From: Cyclobacteriaceae bacterium | Lineage (GTDB): Bacteria; Bacteroidota; Bacteroidia; Cytophagales; Cyclobacteriaceae | Direction: 5' to 3' | Assembly: GCA_003565295.1 (NCBI GenBank) | Contig: PXCO01000129.1 | Location: 45,929 to 109,928, forward strand | Length of the DNA: 64,000 nt | In this document: positions 35,140 to 44,738 of the stretch, piece after piece | How positions within the stretch are numbered: position 1 is the first letter of the stretch | Layout of the letters: each line of letters begins with the position of its first letter | Position numbers and translations under genes: made by a program | Notes under the pieces: model-generated | What the model was told of the DNA's origin: nothing | Seen by the model: only the letters and a program-made list of their open reading frames with translations | Databases searched by the model: none

Positions 35140-36559
35140 CACTTCCATCCAAAAACAAATTACAGGAATCAGCCGAAGAACCTTCCTCAAGCAAGGAGGT
35201 GCCTTGACAGCGGCCACAGGTTTGGGGTTTAGTACCTCTTTATCTTCCTTTCACCCAAAAATCAACCCTATGAAAAAGATAAGCATAGAGCACGTGGACA
35301 CCAATTTTGAACGGGAGCCATTGATCCCTTATCGGTTCAAGGGAAGTGCCATCACAGAGGCCTGGCAGACACTGGCTTACCTGAGGTCAGGTACAGGTAT
35401 ACACCGCATAGGCATTGGAACGCAGGGAACCCTGTGGTCAGATCAACGTGTCTTTTTTGCCCATTCCACCAATGGGGGGAATGCGTTGATGTATTCCATG
35501 ACAGAATATGCGGTTCAACTATTGAAAGGCCATGTTTTTGATGATCCGGTAAAGCTCTTGGATGAACTTCTACCTGAGGTTTGGGAATATGGTAAAAAGA
35601 TCACAGGTATTCCGGACCTTAAAAAAACCTTTGCCCTAAATGCCCTTGTTCCGGTGGATAATGCCATTTGGCTATTGTATGCGGATGAAAATGGACTTGA
35701 GAAATTTGATGACATGATACCGGCGGCTTTTAGTGAGGGGCTTTCTGCTAGGCATGACAAGGTGGCAAGTATTCCTTCTTTCAGTGTGGGTGCCAGTGTG
35801 GAAGATGTGAAGGCCGCAGCGGATGAAGGGCACTTTATCATGAAGTTGAAAACTGGATCTGCCGGCACTCAAGAGGAGATGATTCAGAAAGATATGGCAT
35901 TTTTGGAAGGAGTGCACAAAGCCATTGGCCATTATGAAACCCCATATACCGAAAACGGGAAAATCCCCTATTATTTTGATGCCAATGAAAGGTATGAGAA
36001 AAAAGAGACCCTGGAGCGGTTTTTAGACCACGCCAAAAAGATAGGTGCTTTTGACCAAATTGCAGTAATTGAGGAGCCTTTTGGGGAAGATAACGAGACC
36101 TATGTTGGGGATTTGGGGGTACGGGTAGCCGCTGATGAAAGTGCCCATACGGTAGAGGATGCACTTTCACGGATAGAGCAGGGGTACTCAGCCATTGCAG
36201 TGAAGGCAATCGCCAAGACCCTCACTATGACCATGAAAATTGCCCAGGCTGCCTATGAAAAGGGGGTGCCCTGTTTCTGTGCAGACCTTACGGTAAACCC
36301 CATTTTAGTGGATTGGAATAAAAACGTGGCGGCCAGACTTCCGGCATTCCCTGATATGAACCTTGGGCTACAGGAGACAAACGGCCATCAGTACTACAAA
36401 AACTGGGAGAGAATGATGTCTTACCACCCCAAATCCGATGGGTCATGGGTGCGCACCAAGGATGGCGTTTATCCCACAGACAGCAGTTTTTATGAGGAAA
36501 GTGGGGGCATACTTCACAGGTCTTCACACTATGAAAAAATATTCGACCCCGATATTTAA
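35129..36559 (+). CDS. Tat-exported enolase-superfamily enzyme (MR/MLE-like)
   Basis: 476 aa. Consensus twin-arginine signal 'SRRTFLKQGGALTAATGLG'. KxK motif 'IMKLKTGS'. Metal ligands in 'YFDANERY', 'VIEEPF' and 'AADES'. Overlaps the upstream gene by 11 nt. Confidence 0.7.
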   Translation: MKINTSIQKQITGISRRTFLKQGGALTAATGLGFSTSLSSFHPKINPMKKISIEHVDTNFEREPLIPYRFKGSAITEAWQTLAYLRSGTGIHRIGIGTQGTLWSDQRVFFAHSTNGGNALMYSMTEYAVQLLKGHVFDDPVKLLDELLPEVWEYGKKITGIPDLKKTFALNALVPVDNAIWLLYADENGLEKFDDMIPAAFSEGLSARHDKVASIPSFSVGASVEDVKAAADEGHFIMKLKTGSAGTQEEMIQKDMAFLEGVHKAIGHYETPYTENGKIPYYFDANERYEKKETLERFLDHAKKIGAFDQIAVIEEPFGEDNETYVGDLGVRVAADESAHTVEDALSRIEQGYSAIAVKAIAKTLTMTMKIAQAAYEKGVPCFCADLTVNPILVDWNKNVAARLPAFPDMNLGLQETNGHQYYKNWERMMSYHPKSDGSWVRTKDGVYPTDSSFYEESGGILHRSSHYEKIFDPDI

Positions 36560-36671
36560 AGCGTCTGCATAGGAAAAGTCTTGGTTTTCGGCTCGCCCTT
36601 GAGAAGCAACCGGGAAAATTGTTTCTCGGCGGCTTCTAGTTTGCCAAATTGCCAGCCCAATCCGGGTTGGC

Positions 36672-37910
36672 TTATATACTGGTTTGCATTTGTCCTATGG
36701 GCTCAGCCTCCATGCCCACCTCTTTTGCGGCATTTAACACGATCCTGAAGGTGGTTCCCTTGCCTAGTTCGGAATGGTTGACAAAAACCCTTCCTTTGTG
36801 GTAACCTTCAATGATCCGCTTGGCCAGAGTAAGCCCCAGCCCCCAACCCCGTTGACGGGTGGTGAAACCCGGGTTAAAAACTTTTTTGAACATATTCTTT
36901 TCCAAGCCCTTTCCGGTGTCTGAAATGTCGACAAACACAAATTTTTCGCTTTCCCTGACGATATTGATATGAATTGCCCCCTGTCCCTTCATGGCATCCA
37001 CTGCATTTTTGCAGATGTTTTCAATTACCCATTCAAACAAAGGCCGGTTGACCATTGCGTGGATATTTTCGGCATGAGAGTTAAGGTTTATGCTGACTTT
37101 GCTGGAAATCCTTGGTCTTAGGTAGGTTATGGTTTCCTCCACGCATTTGAAAACGTTTTCTGATTTGATCACCGGTGTGCTTCCGATATTGCTGAACCGT
37201 TCTGTGATGATTTTCAGTTTGTTCACATCTTTGTCCAACTCCAAAATGACCTCCTTGTTTTCTTCCCATACGGGGGAATTTTTAAAATAGTCTATCCATG
37301 CCATCAGGGAGGCCAGTGGTGTGCCCAGTTGGTGGGCGGTTTCCTTGGTCAAACCTGCCCAAAGTCGGTTCTGCTCTGCCACCTTGGATTGGTTAAACAG
37401 GGCATAGGCCAGTATACCAAAGACCAGGATCACGGAAAGCTGCACGTAGGGATAATACTTTAATCGGGTGAGTAACTCTGAGTTTTTATAATATATGTGC
37501 ATGTCATCCAGTAATTTGATGGGCTCATATAATGCCTTCATTTCCTCTAGTTCTACCCGTAATTGGGCTTCTTTTTCCTCGTCGTTGCTGTTTTTTTTGA
37601 ATTTTATGTTTTTATACTCCACAGGGTTCCCATTGGCATCTGTGGTGATCACGGGTATGGAGCGGTTTTCCTGGATGATCACCTGAAACACGAAGGTGAG
37701 GTTCTCCGTGTTTGTGGAGGCATATTCCAGGGCCGCGGCATAGAGGTCAATCTGCCTCCTTTCCCTAATTTTCAGTTCCTCTACCAGGGTATTGGTATAA
37801 TAGATGGAACCTATTCCTATGATCAACGAAAAGCCAAAAATAACCCATTTCACTTTTGCCCTGTTTTGATACAGGTCTAAAGTGGCCAGGTCTTGAATTT
37901 TATTCTTCAT
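36672..37910 (-). CDS. Sensor histidine kinase (two TM segments, periplasmic loop)
   Basis: H-box 'ETAHQLGTPLASL', N-box 'NAVDAM', G-boxes 'DTGKGL' and 'GWGLGL'. Start placed at the ATG at 37908-37910 ('MKNKIQDL'). Confidence 0.85.
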   Translation of the reverse strand: MKNKIQDLATLDLYQNRAKVKWVIFGFSLIIGIGSIYYTNTLVEELKIRERRQIDLYAAALEYASTNTENLTFVFQVIIQENRSIPVITTDANGNPVEYKNIKFKKNSNDEEKEAQLRVELEEMKALYEPIKLLDDMHIYYKNSELLTRLKYYPYVQLSVILVFGILAYALFNQSKVAEQNRLWAGLTKETAHQLGTPLASLMAWIDYFKNSPVWEENKEVILELDKDVNKLKIITERFSNIGSTPVIKSENVFKCVEETITYLRPRISSKVSINLNSHAENIHAMVNRPLFEWVIENICKNAVDAMKGQGAIHINIVRESEKFVFVDISDTGKGLEKNMFKKVFNPGFTTRQRGWGLGLTLAKRIIEGYHKGRVFVNHSELGKGTTFRIVLNAAKEVGMEAEPIGQMQTSI

Positions 37911-38039
37911 TGGTAAAGTATGTTGGACATTGGGTACTCCCGATTTTTCCGGGTGCACCTGCAAGTTAACCAATTTTAATTTTCCAACATAGAACAGTAC
38001 AGGAGGCTTAATATTGCACCAGAAACTAAAATAATGAGG

Positions 38040-39350
38040 CTAATTCTGTTTGATCCATTTCCAGAGGGTCTTGTAGTTCACCTTAGACCCATGCACCAGG
38101 ATGCCGATACGGTAGATTTTTCCTGCCGCCCATGTGGTGAACAAAAACCCGGACGTGAGCAGGAAAATGGACAAGGCCAATTCCATCCAGGGCACCCCGT
38201 AGCTGATTCGGCCCATCATGGCAACAGGTGAGGTAAATGGAATAATGGAGAGCCAATAGGAGGCATTACTGTTGGGGTCGTCTAATACAAAAATAAACAA
38301 TCCCATATAGGCCATTAATAAGGGGATGGTGACCGGGAACATAAATTGCTGCGCATCTGAGGGATTGTCCACAGCGGCACCAATAGCCGCAAAAAAGGCT
38401 CCATACAATAAATATCCACCAACGAAATAGATAAGGAAAGAGATGATCAGGGTGACAAAATCTATGCCCTGAATCAGGTCCATAATCTCCATCAATTGAG
38501 TGTTTTCTCCTTGCCAATTGGCAATTTCCGGTTGGGACATCTCCAGCATTTGTTGTTGTGGCATTTTCATACCAAAATACCCCATCACCAGTGATGATAC
38601 CATGCTTATCAGCAGGATCCAAATCAAAAACTGGGTCAGCCCTACAGCACCTATCCCAATGATCTTTCCCATCATCAATTGAAAGGGTTTGAGGGAAGAT
38701 ACCAGGATTTCGATGATACGTGAGGATTTTTCTTCAATCACCCCTTGCATGATTTGGTTACCATAAATGAAAATAAAAGTGTAAATAAGGATACCGGCCA
38801 GGAAACCCACCCCATAGTTCACTACTGTATTGGACACCGTTTCTCCTCCCCCTTGACCAATCCGCATGGCACGAATATTTATGGGGGATTTAAGTTCGGA
38901 AAGGAATTCCGGGTCAATCCCTGAGGCAAATAATTTTATTTCTTCTATTTTTTTCTGAATGGCAGCTTCCAGGTTTCCAATGAGGGAAATCCCGGGGGGA
39001 TCCATAGAATAAAAGGTGATGCCTACGGGTTTGTCAATGTCGAGTTCTGGGATATGTAAGTAGCCATATCGGTTTCCCTGTAACACCTGCTCCCTGGCTT
39101 GTTCACGATCCATTCCCCTGTAGGAAAACACGAACATTTCATTGCTTTCCAGGACAAAGGAACGGTTTTCGTCCACTACTTCTATGATTTTTGCCCCCTC
39201 AAAGGGCAGGTCACTAAGCGCTATCCACAAAAACACCCCTAGGATGGTGGGGAAAATCAGAGGGGTGATGATGGTTGCGACGATGAATGACCTCCTTTTT
39301 ACCCTAGCCAGGTATTCCCGTTTGATAACCAGAAAAATTTTATTCGCCAT
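38040..39350 (-). CDS. ABC-2 type transporter permease (NatB/YhaP-like)
   Basis: 436 aa. One N-terminal TM segment, a large external loop, then five C-terminal TM segments. Overlaps the ATPase gene by 11 nt. Confidence 0.8.
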   Translation of the reverse strand: MANKIFLVIKREYLARVKRRSFIVATIITPLIFPTILGVFLWIALSDLPFEGAKIIEVVDENRSFVLESNEMFVFSYRGMDREQAREQVLQGNRYGYLHIPELDIDKPVGITFYSMDPPGISLIGNLEAAIQKKIEEIKLFASGIDPEFLSELKSPINIRAMRIGQGGGETVSNTVVNYGVGFLAGILIYTFIFIYGNQIMQGVIEEKSSRIIEILVSSLKPFQLMMGKIIGIGAVGLTQFLIWILLISMVSSLVMGYFGMKMPQQQMLEMSQPEIANWQGENTQLMEIMDLIQGIDFVTLIISFLIYFVGGYLLYGAFFAAIGAAVDNPSDAQQFMFPVTIPLLMAYMGLFIFVLDDPNSNASYWLSIIPFTSPVAMMGRISYGVPWMELALSIFLLTSGFLFTTWAAGKIYRIGILVHGSKVNYKTLWKWIKQN

Positions 39351-40275
39351 GACTTTCGTTGATTTTCTGAATAAAGATTTCTTCTATGGTAGGGATCATT
39401 TCTTCAAACCCATGAAGTTCACCGTAGTCCATGAGTTCTTGGATGACCAGATTAGGGGATTTTCCCATAAGGGAAACCGTGAAGGACACGTGGTCTTCTT
39501 CCTGCTTGAAATGATCGAAGGAGGGGAGTACCATGCCCGGTTTGGGCATCAATTTCACCCTGTATCTATGTCTTTTGGAGGATTTTTTGATTTCTCTCAC
39601 CGGACCATCCAGGATTTTTTTGGCCTTGTTGATCATGGCAATATTGTCACAAAGCAACTCCACGGATTCCATGCGATGGGTGGACAGGATAATCGTAGTT
39701 CCCTTGTTTTTCAATTCCAGGATTTCATTTTTGATGATTTCCGCATTCACAGGGTCAAAACCGGAAAAGGGTTCATCCAAAATGAGTAAGTTGGGCTCGT
39801 GGATCACTGTGGCAATGAATTGCACTTTTTGGGCCATTCCCTTGGAGAGTTCCTGTATCTTTTTGGAACGCCATGGGACAAGGCTTAATTTTTCAAGCCA
39901 GTCGTGGATTTTTCTACCTGCGGCTTTTGCTTCAAGACCTTTGATTTGAGCAAAATAGAGCAATTGATCCTCTACCTTCATGGCTTTATAAAGGCCTCTT
40001 TCTTCGGGGAGATATCCAATATTACGGACGTGACTCAATTTGAGGGGCTCACCATTAATCCAGATTTTACCCGAGTCCTGGTCGATGATTTGATTGACTA
40101 TGCGGATCAAGGTGGTTTTACCTGCCCCATTGGGGCCCAGTAGGCCAAAGACTATGCCTTTGGGCACTTCCAAATGGAAATCGCTCAACGCAACATGGTT
40201 ACCATAACGCTTATTAAGGGCCTCAATTTTTAAAATGCACAAGGGTTTGTCAATTTTATTAAAAGTACAGGTCAA
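39340..40275 (-). CDS. ABC transporter ATP-binding protein (NatA-like)
   Basis: Walker A 'GPNGAGKTT', signature 'LSKGMAQK', Walker B 'LLILDEP'. TTG start at 40275, with an alternative TTG at 40242. Confidence 0.9.
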   Translation of the reverse strand: MTCTFNKIDKPLCILKIEALNKRYGNHVALSDFHLEVPKGIVFGLLGPNGAGKTTLIRIVNQIIDQDSGKIWINGEPLKLSHVRNIGYLPEERGLYKAMKVEDQLLYFAQIKGLEAKAAGRKIHDWLEKLSLVPWRSKKIQELSKGMAQKVQFIATVIHEPNLLILDEPFSGFDPVNAEIIKNEILELKNKGTTIILSTHRMESVELLCDNIAMINKAKKILDGPVREIKKSSKRHRYRVKLMPKPGMVLPSFDHFKQEEDHVSFTVSLMGKSPNLVIQELMDYGELHGFEEMIPTIEEIFIQKINESHGE

Positions 40276-40298
40276 GGTCGGGAATGCAATTCCGGCAT

Positions 40299-41189
40299 TT
40301 ATCTCAAAGATACTGAACCTACGGAAACATCTATTAAAAACGTCATGAGATTTTTAGCATCAGCCTGATATCCCTTGCTCACATAAGTTTTATCTTCTAT
40401 TTCTTTGAGGTAGGAGGGGACTTTGGTTCTGCACATGGCGGTGGATTTGATTTTGACCAGGTAAGGCAAATCTTGGCCAGGAAGCTGTATGTTTACCGAT
40501 CCCGCACCCACAATTGTGGCTATTTCACTGGCCCCGGACATTGAATCGGAAAAAGAAAGGTTTACCGAACCATAGCTGACATCAAAAAGGACCTTTTTTG
40601 CATTGGATAAATGCAGGTCTTCCGCATAAAGGGAGCCCATATGGATGGCCACCATCAGGGTATCCATATTTACGGTATTGGGCTTTTTGCTCCCGTATTG
40701 CAGCGTCACATCAGCTGAGGCTGTTTTGATTTTACAATTGGAGATGGGCAAATAGGAAAAATCCAGGTTGGCTTTTCCAATGCCGAAGTGAAGGTTAAGG
40801 TCATATAGGAAATTACCATCCAAGCCAATATCCCAGGTATGATCAAAATCTGCATCATCGTTGGAGAAGAGCCGATAACTTAAGGTCCTTCCTAAACTTT
40901 CGGATTCCACGTTTTTATGCTCCAAATGGGCAAAAAGTACCCCATCTCTGATTTCATGGGAGAATGAGGGGAGGATGTTTATTTTTCCCAGGTTTGCTGT
41001 GGCGCTTAGGGGATACCCGGTAAATTCCCTTTTTAGGTTGGAAATGCCTTTATAAGAGGAAAAATCGAAGCACACCAAACTATATCCTTCTTTTTCTTCA
41101 ACCGAAAACTGCCTGGTAATTTGGGCCTCTGTAAGAAGTGAGAGTTCCGTGAGTCCACAAAACAGTAATAGGATGATTTTTTTAAGCAT
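40299..41189 (-). CDS. Secreted protein with a toast-rack/DUF4097-like repetitive beta domain
   Basis: 296 aa with a signal peptide. Serial short beta-repeat motifs: 'GKANLDFS', 'ASADVTLQ', 'GSLYAEDL', 'SYGSVNLS', 'GAGSVNIQ', 'VGSVSL'. Confidence 0.45.
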   Translation of the reverse strand: MLKKIILLLFCGLTELSLLTEAQITRQFSVEEKEGYSLVCFDFSSYKGISNLKREFTGYPLSATANLGKINILPSFSHEIRDGVLFAHLEHKNVESESLGRTLSYRLFSNDDADFDHTWDIGLDGNFLYDLNLHFGIGKANLDFSYLPISNCKIKTASADVTLQYGSKKPNTVNMDTLMVAIHMGSLYAEDLHLSNAKKVLFDVSYGSVNLSFSDSMSGASEIATIVGAGSVNIQLPGQDLPYLVKIKSTAMCRTKVPSYLKEIEDKTYVSKGYQADAKNLMTFLIDVSVGSVSLR

Positions 41190-41230
41190 ACGAATAAATT
41201 ACGTTGCCCGGGGTAAAAGGTTTTCTTTAT

Positions 41231-41259
41231 AAAAAAAAAGTCGGGAATTTATCCCGACT
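41231..41259 (-). terminator. Rho-independent terminator of dnaJ
   Basis: Stem agtcggga / tcccgact (41239-41259). The A9 run on the plus strand gives T9 after the hairpin on the minus strand. Confidence 0.8.
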
Positions 41260-41265
41260 TGTAGG

Positions 41266-42372
41266 TTAAAAGAACTCTTTCACTTTATCGAAAATACTTT
41301 TATCAGACTTTCCTGGGTCCGGCCGGAAATTTTCCGAATCTTTAAGTGACTCCAGTTTTTCCCTTTCTTCCTTATTGAGCTGCTTGGGTGTCCAAACGTT
41401 CACATGAATAAGCTGATCTCCTTTTCCATATCCGTTAAGCTCCTGTATGCCTTTGCCTTTTAAGCGTAGTACTTTACCCCCTTGGGTTCCCGGCTCCAAT
41501 TTGATCTTTACTTTCCCGTCTATGGTGGGAACTTCCAGGGTGGTGCCAAGAGCCGCATCTATGAAGCTGATATAGAGGTCATACACTACATTGTTGCCGT
41601 CCCTTACCAAAACCTCATCCTCGATTTCCTCTATGACGATGAGCAAGTCGCCAGGTATTCCTCCAGGGATTTCATTTCCTTTTCCGGAAAGGCTAAGCTG
41701 CATGCCATCTCCTACTCCACCGGGTATGTTGATAGGAATGATTTCTTCTTTGACTATCAAACCTTGAGCATCCGCTCCCTGAGGCTTTTTATCTACAATC
41801 TGGCCGCTGCCACCGCAGGATGGACATGTGCTTGCAGATACCATTTGTCCCAGCATTGTGTTGACCACCTTCTTGATTTGGCCGCTGCCTTGGCAGGTGG
41901 GACAGTTTTTAAAGGTGACCCCTTCTGCTATCAGGTGTCTTTTTACCTTTATTTTCTTTTCTACCCCGTTAGCCACCTCTTTCAGGTTGAGCTTGAGTTT
42001 TACTCTGAGGTTGGTGCCTTTTTTGGTTCTCCGGGAGCCGCCGCCACCGCCAAAGAAAGACCCAAAACCGCTGTCACCAAAGATATCCCCAAATTGGCTG
42101 AAGATGTCTTCCATGTTCATGCCTCCTCCACCGAAGCCGCCATTGCCACTCACGCCTTGATGGCCAAACCGATCGTATCTGGCCTTTTTTTCTTCATTGC
42201 TGAGCACTTCATAAGCTTCGGCAGCCTCTTTGAACTTGTCTTCCGCGCTGGCATCCCCCGGATTTTTGTCAGGGTGGAACTTCAGGGCCAGTTTACGGTA
42301 GGCCTTTTTGATTTCTTCCGGAGAGGCGCCTTTGGATACACCAAGCACTTCATAGTAATCTCTTTTTGCCAT
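41266..42372 (-). CDS. dnaJ: Molecular chaperone DnaJ
   Basis: J-domain with 'HPD', a G/F-rich linker and a zinc-finger region ([16 protein letters not shown]). Confidence 0.97.
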   Translation of the reverse strand: MAKRDYYEVLGVSKGASPEEIKKAYRKLALKFHPDKNPGDASAEDKFKEAAEAYEVLSNEEKKARYDRFGHQGVSGNGGFGGGGMNMEDIFSQFGDIFGDSGFGSFFGGGGGSRRTKKGTNLRVKLKLNLKEVANGVEKKIKVKRHLIAEGVTFKNCPTCQGSGQIKKVVNTMLGQMVSASTCPSCGGSGQIVDKKPQGADAQGLIVKEEIIPINIPGGVGDGMQLSLSGKGNEIPGGIPGDLLIVIEEIEDEVLVRDGNNVVYDLYISFIDAALGTTLEVPTIDGKVKIKLEPGTQGGKVLRLKGKGIQELNGYGKGDQLIHVNVWTPKQLNKEEREKLESLKDSENFRPDPGKSDKSIFDKVKEFF

Positions 42373-42377
42373 AATAT

Positions 42378-42992
42378 TTATTTTCCGATCACAACTTTAG
42401 CATAGCGGATGACTTTCTCACCCAGCAGGTACCCCTTTTCTACCACGTCCACTATTTTACCTTTAAGCTCATCATTGGGAGCGGGTATTTGGGTGATTGC
42501 TTCCTGCGTTTCTGCATCAAAGGGTTTTCCGATCAGTCCTTCCATAGGCTTTAATCCCTTTGAGCCCAAAATTTTGACCATTTTATTGTAAATAAGGCGA
42601 ACCCCTTCATCAGGATTCCCCTCTGTTTTGTCTTCATTAGAAGCTTTGAAGGCTCTTTCAAAATCATCCAGAATGGGTAGCAAATCTTTGATCAGCTCCT
42701 CTGAGGCTGTGCTAATCAATTCAAGCCTCTCTTTTGCAGTCCTTCTTCTATAGTTCTCAAACTCGGAGTATAGGCGCAAATGTTTTTCTTTCAATTCTTG
42801 GTTATCTGCCATTAGCTGATCCTCTTTGCTCAGGGATTCCCCCGAATTCTCTTGGTCTGGGCTTTCTTTTTTTCCCTGGGTGGAATCCAATGATTCATCC
42901 GATGAAGCATTTTTTTGCGCTTCCACCTTATCCATTACCTTTTCTTCTTCTCCGTTTGAGCTATCCTTAATTTTTTCTTTTTCTTCTGCCAT
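42378..42992 (-). CDS. grpE: Nucleotide exchange factor GrpE
   Basis: 204 aa. Acidic N-terminus, '[13 protein letters not shown]' and the C-terminal beta domain. Immediately upstream of dnaJ. Confidence 0.95.
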   Translation of the reverse strand: MAEEKEKIKDSSNGEEEKVMDKVEAQKNASSDESLDSTQGKKESPDQENSGESLSKEDQLMADNQELKEKHLRLYSEFENYRRRTAKERLELISTASEELIKDLLPILDDFERAFKASNEDKTEGNPDEGVRLIYNKMVKILGSKGLKPMEGLIGKPFDAETQEAITQIPAPNDELKGKIVDVVEKGYLLGEKVIRYAKVVIGK

Positions 42993-43067
42993 ATTACTAC
43001 TGCATTTAAAAGTCCATTTTCAGTCCTCAATTAATTTGCCATTGTTCAAATTCCTGACAATCTGACA

Positions 43068-44060
43068 TTATTCCTGCAAGGATTGCCAAATCAGGTCTTT
43101 TAACATGTCCAGCTGGAAAGCCGAAACCGCGGAAATAAATACATGGGAAACCCCGGTGGGCAGCTCTGCTTTTAAGGCCTCCATTAATTCATTGTCCAAA
43201 AGGTCGGATTTTGAAATGGCAAGTATCCTTTTTTTATCCAACAGCTCCGGGTTGTATTTCTCCAGTTCTCTCAAGAGTATTTGGTACTCCTTTGCGATGT
43301 GCTTTGCGTCTGCCGGCACAAGAAAAAGCAGAATGGAATTGCGCTCAATATGCCTTAGGAACCTTAAACCCAAACCTTTGCCTTCTGCTGCCCCTTCTAT
43401 AATCCCCGGAATATCCGCCATGACAAAGGACCTGTCGTCCCTGTACGCCACCACACCCAGGTTAGGCACCAAAGTGGTAAAGGGGTAATTGGCTATTTCG
43501 GGTTTGGCTGCGGAAAGACTGGAAAGCAAGGTGGATTTCCCTGCATTGGGAAAACCTACCAATCCAACATCCGCAAGGAGTTTTAGTTCCAGTATCATCC
43601 ATTCTTCTATACCTTCTTCGCCAGGTTGGGCATATCTGGGGGCTTGGTTAGTGGAGGTCTTGAAATGATCATTTCCCAATCCACCCATTCCGCCCTTGGT
43701 AAGAACGTACTCTTCTCCATCTTGGGTAATTTCACATCGCATTTCACCACTTTCGGCTTCCCGGGCCACTGTGCCTAGGGGCACTTCCAGCACAACGTCC
43801 TTCCCATCGGCCCCTTTTCTTCTTCCACCTTCTCCCGGCCTTCCATTATCGGCAATCACGTGCTTTTTATATTTAAGGTGCAATAGCGTCCAAAGTTGGG
43901 CATTTCCCCTTAAAATGATATGTCCACCTCTACCCCCATCTCCCCCATCCGGTCCTCCCTTGGGTACATGCTTTTCTCTGCGGAAATGCACAGAGCCGCT
44001 TCCTCCGGCACCGGATCTGGAGCAGAACTTTACATAATCGATGAAATTTGAATCTGCCAT
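43068..44060 (-). CDS. obg: GTPase Obg/CgtA
   Basis: Gly-rich Obg fold ('GGDGGRGG'), G1 'GFPNAGKST', G3 'DIPG'. Start set to the ATG at 44058-44060 ('[10 protein letters not shown]'). The longer track ORF would run into the adk-obg hairpin. Confidence 0.95.
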   Translation of the reverse strand: MADSNFIDYVKFCSRSGAGGSGSVHFRREKHVPKGGPDGGDGGRGGHIILRGNAQLWTLLHLKYKKHVIADNGRPGEGGRRKGADGKDVVLEVPLGTVAREAESGEMRCEITQDGEEYVLTKGGMGGLGNDHFKTSTNQAPRYAQPGEEGIEEWMILELKLLADVGLVGFPNAGKSTLLSSLSAAKPEIANYPFTTLVPNLGVVAYRDDRSFVMADIPGIIEGAAEGKGLGLRFLRHIERNSILLFLVPADAKHIAKEYQILLRELEKYNPELLDKKRILAISKSDLLDNELMEALKAELPTGVSHVFISAVSAFQLDMLKDLIWQSLQE

Positions 44061-44064
44061 ATCC

Positions 44065-44107
44065 TTAAAAACGAACCTGGCTAAGCACATGCTTAGCCAG
44101 GTTCGTT
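44065..44107 (-). terminator. Perfect 17-bp stem-loop between adk and obg (putative terminator or processing site)
   Basis: aacgaacctggctaagc-acat-gcttagccaggttcgtt (44070-44107). Only a short T tract follows on the minus strand. Confidence 0.45.
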
Positions 44108-44135
44108 GTGCAAAATTAACTTATATTTTTCAAGC

Positions 44136-44708
44136 TCAATACTGATCCACTACCTTACATATGGAGGCAAAGATTTCATCTATGCTGCCCACACCATGGA
44201 TTTTTGAGAGTTTACCTTGTTCTTCGTAATACTTAGCCACTGGCATGGTCTCTTCCTTATAGACCTTGATGCGGTTATCCACCTTTTTATCATCCTGATC
44301 ATCTGTCCTGCCTGAGGTTTTGCCCCTTTCCTTGATCCTTTTCCTCAGTTCATCCTCAGGGACTTCCAAAGAAATCATTCCGGAAATCCCTATCCCTTTG
44401 GCATTTAGCAACTCGTCCAGAGCCTTGGCTTGAGCCACTGTTCGTGGAAATCCGTCAAAAATAAAGCCTTTGGGGTCCTTACTGGAATTGATGCGGTCGT
44501 CTACCATCCCTATGACCACTTTATCGGGCACAAGGTTCCCCTCATCCATGTATTTTTTTGCCAGTTTACCCAGTTCAGTACCCTCTCCAAGGTGCTTTCT
44601 GAAAAGATCACCCGTGGAAATATGCTCAATCCCGTATTTTTGAATCAGTTTTTCGCTTTGTGTGCCCTTTCCCGCACCGGGGGGGCCAAATAATACTATA
44701 TTCAACAT
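44136..44708 (-). CDS. adk: Adenylate kinase
   Basis: 190 aa. P-loop 'GPPGAGKGT' and a short LID-type sequence. Confidence 0.95.
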   Translation of the reverse strand: MLNIVLFGPPGAGKGTQSEKLIQKYGIEHISTGDLFRKHLGEGTELGKLAKKYMDEGNLVPDKVVIGMVDDRINSSKDPKGFIFDGFPRTVAQAKALDELLNAKGIGISGMISLEVPEDELRKRIKERGKTSGRTDDQDDKKVDNRIKVYKEETMPVAKYYEEQGKLSKIHGVGSIDEIFASICKVVDQY

Positions 44709-44738
44709 GTGCTTTAAATAGATATTGTTATTTATTAT

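Noticed and set aside
39142-39789. 215-aa ORF on the plus strand
   Set aside because: It is antisense to the overlapping ABC permease and ATPase genes, which carry clear Walker and signature motifs. The antisense translation has no recognisable features.
41482-42405. 307-aa ORF on the plus strand
   Set aside because: It lies entirely antisense to the confidently recognised dnaJ and the 3' end of grpE. Its translation is low-complexity with no motifs. This is a typical shadow ORF opposite a highly expressed gene.
44061-44090. N-terminal extensions in the ORF track (obg 44090; also VOC 9682, rluA-family 56051, FGE 28438, FKBP-like 50897, HK 37973, vsr 58966, PmoA-like 61220)
   Set aside because: In each case an internal ATG yields a canonical family N-terminus or signal peptide. 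The extensions use non-ATG starts, overlap upstream genes or hairpins, or add non-conserved residues.
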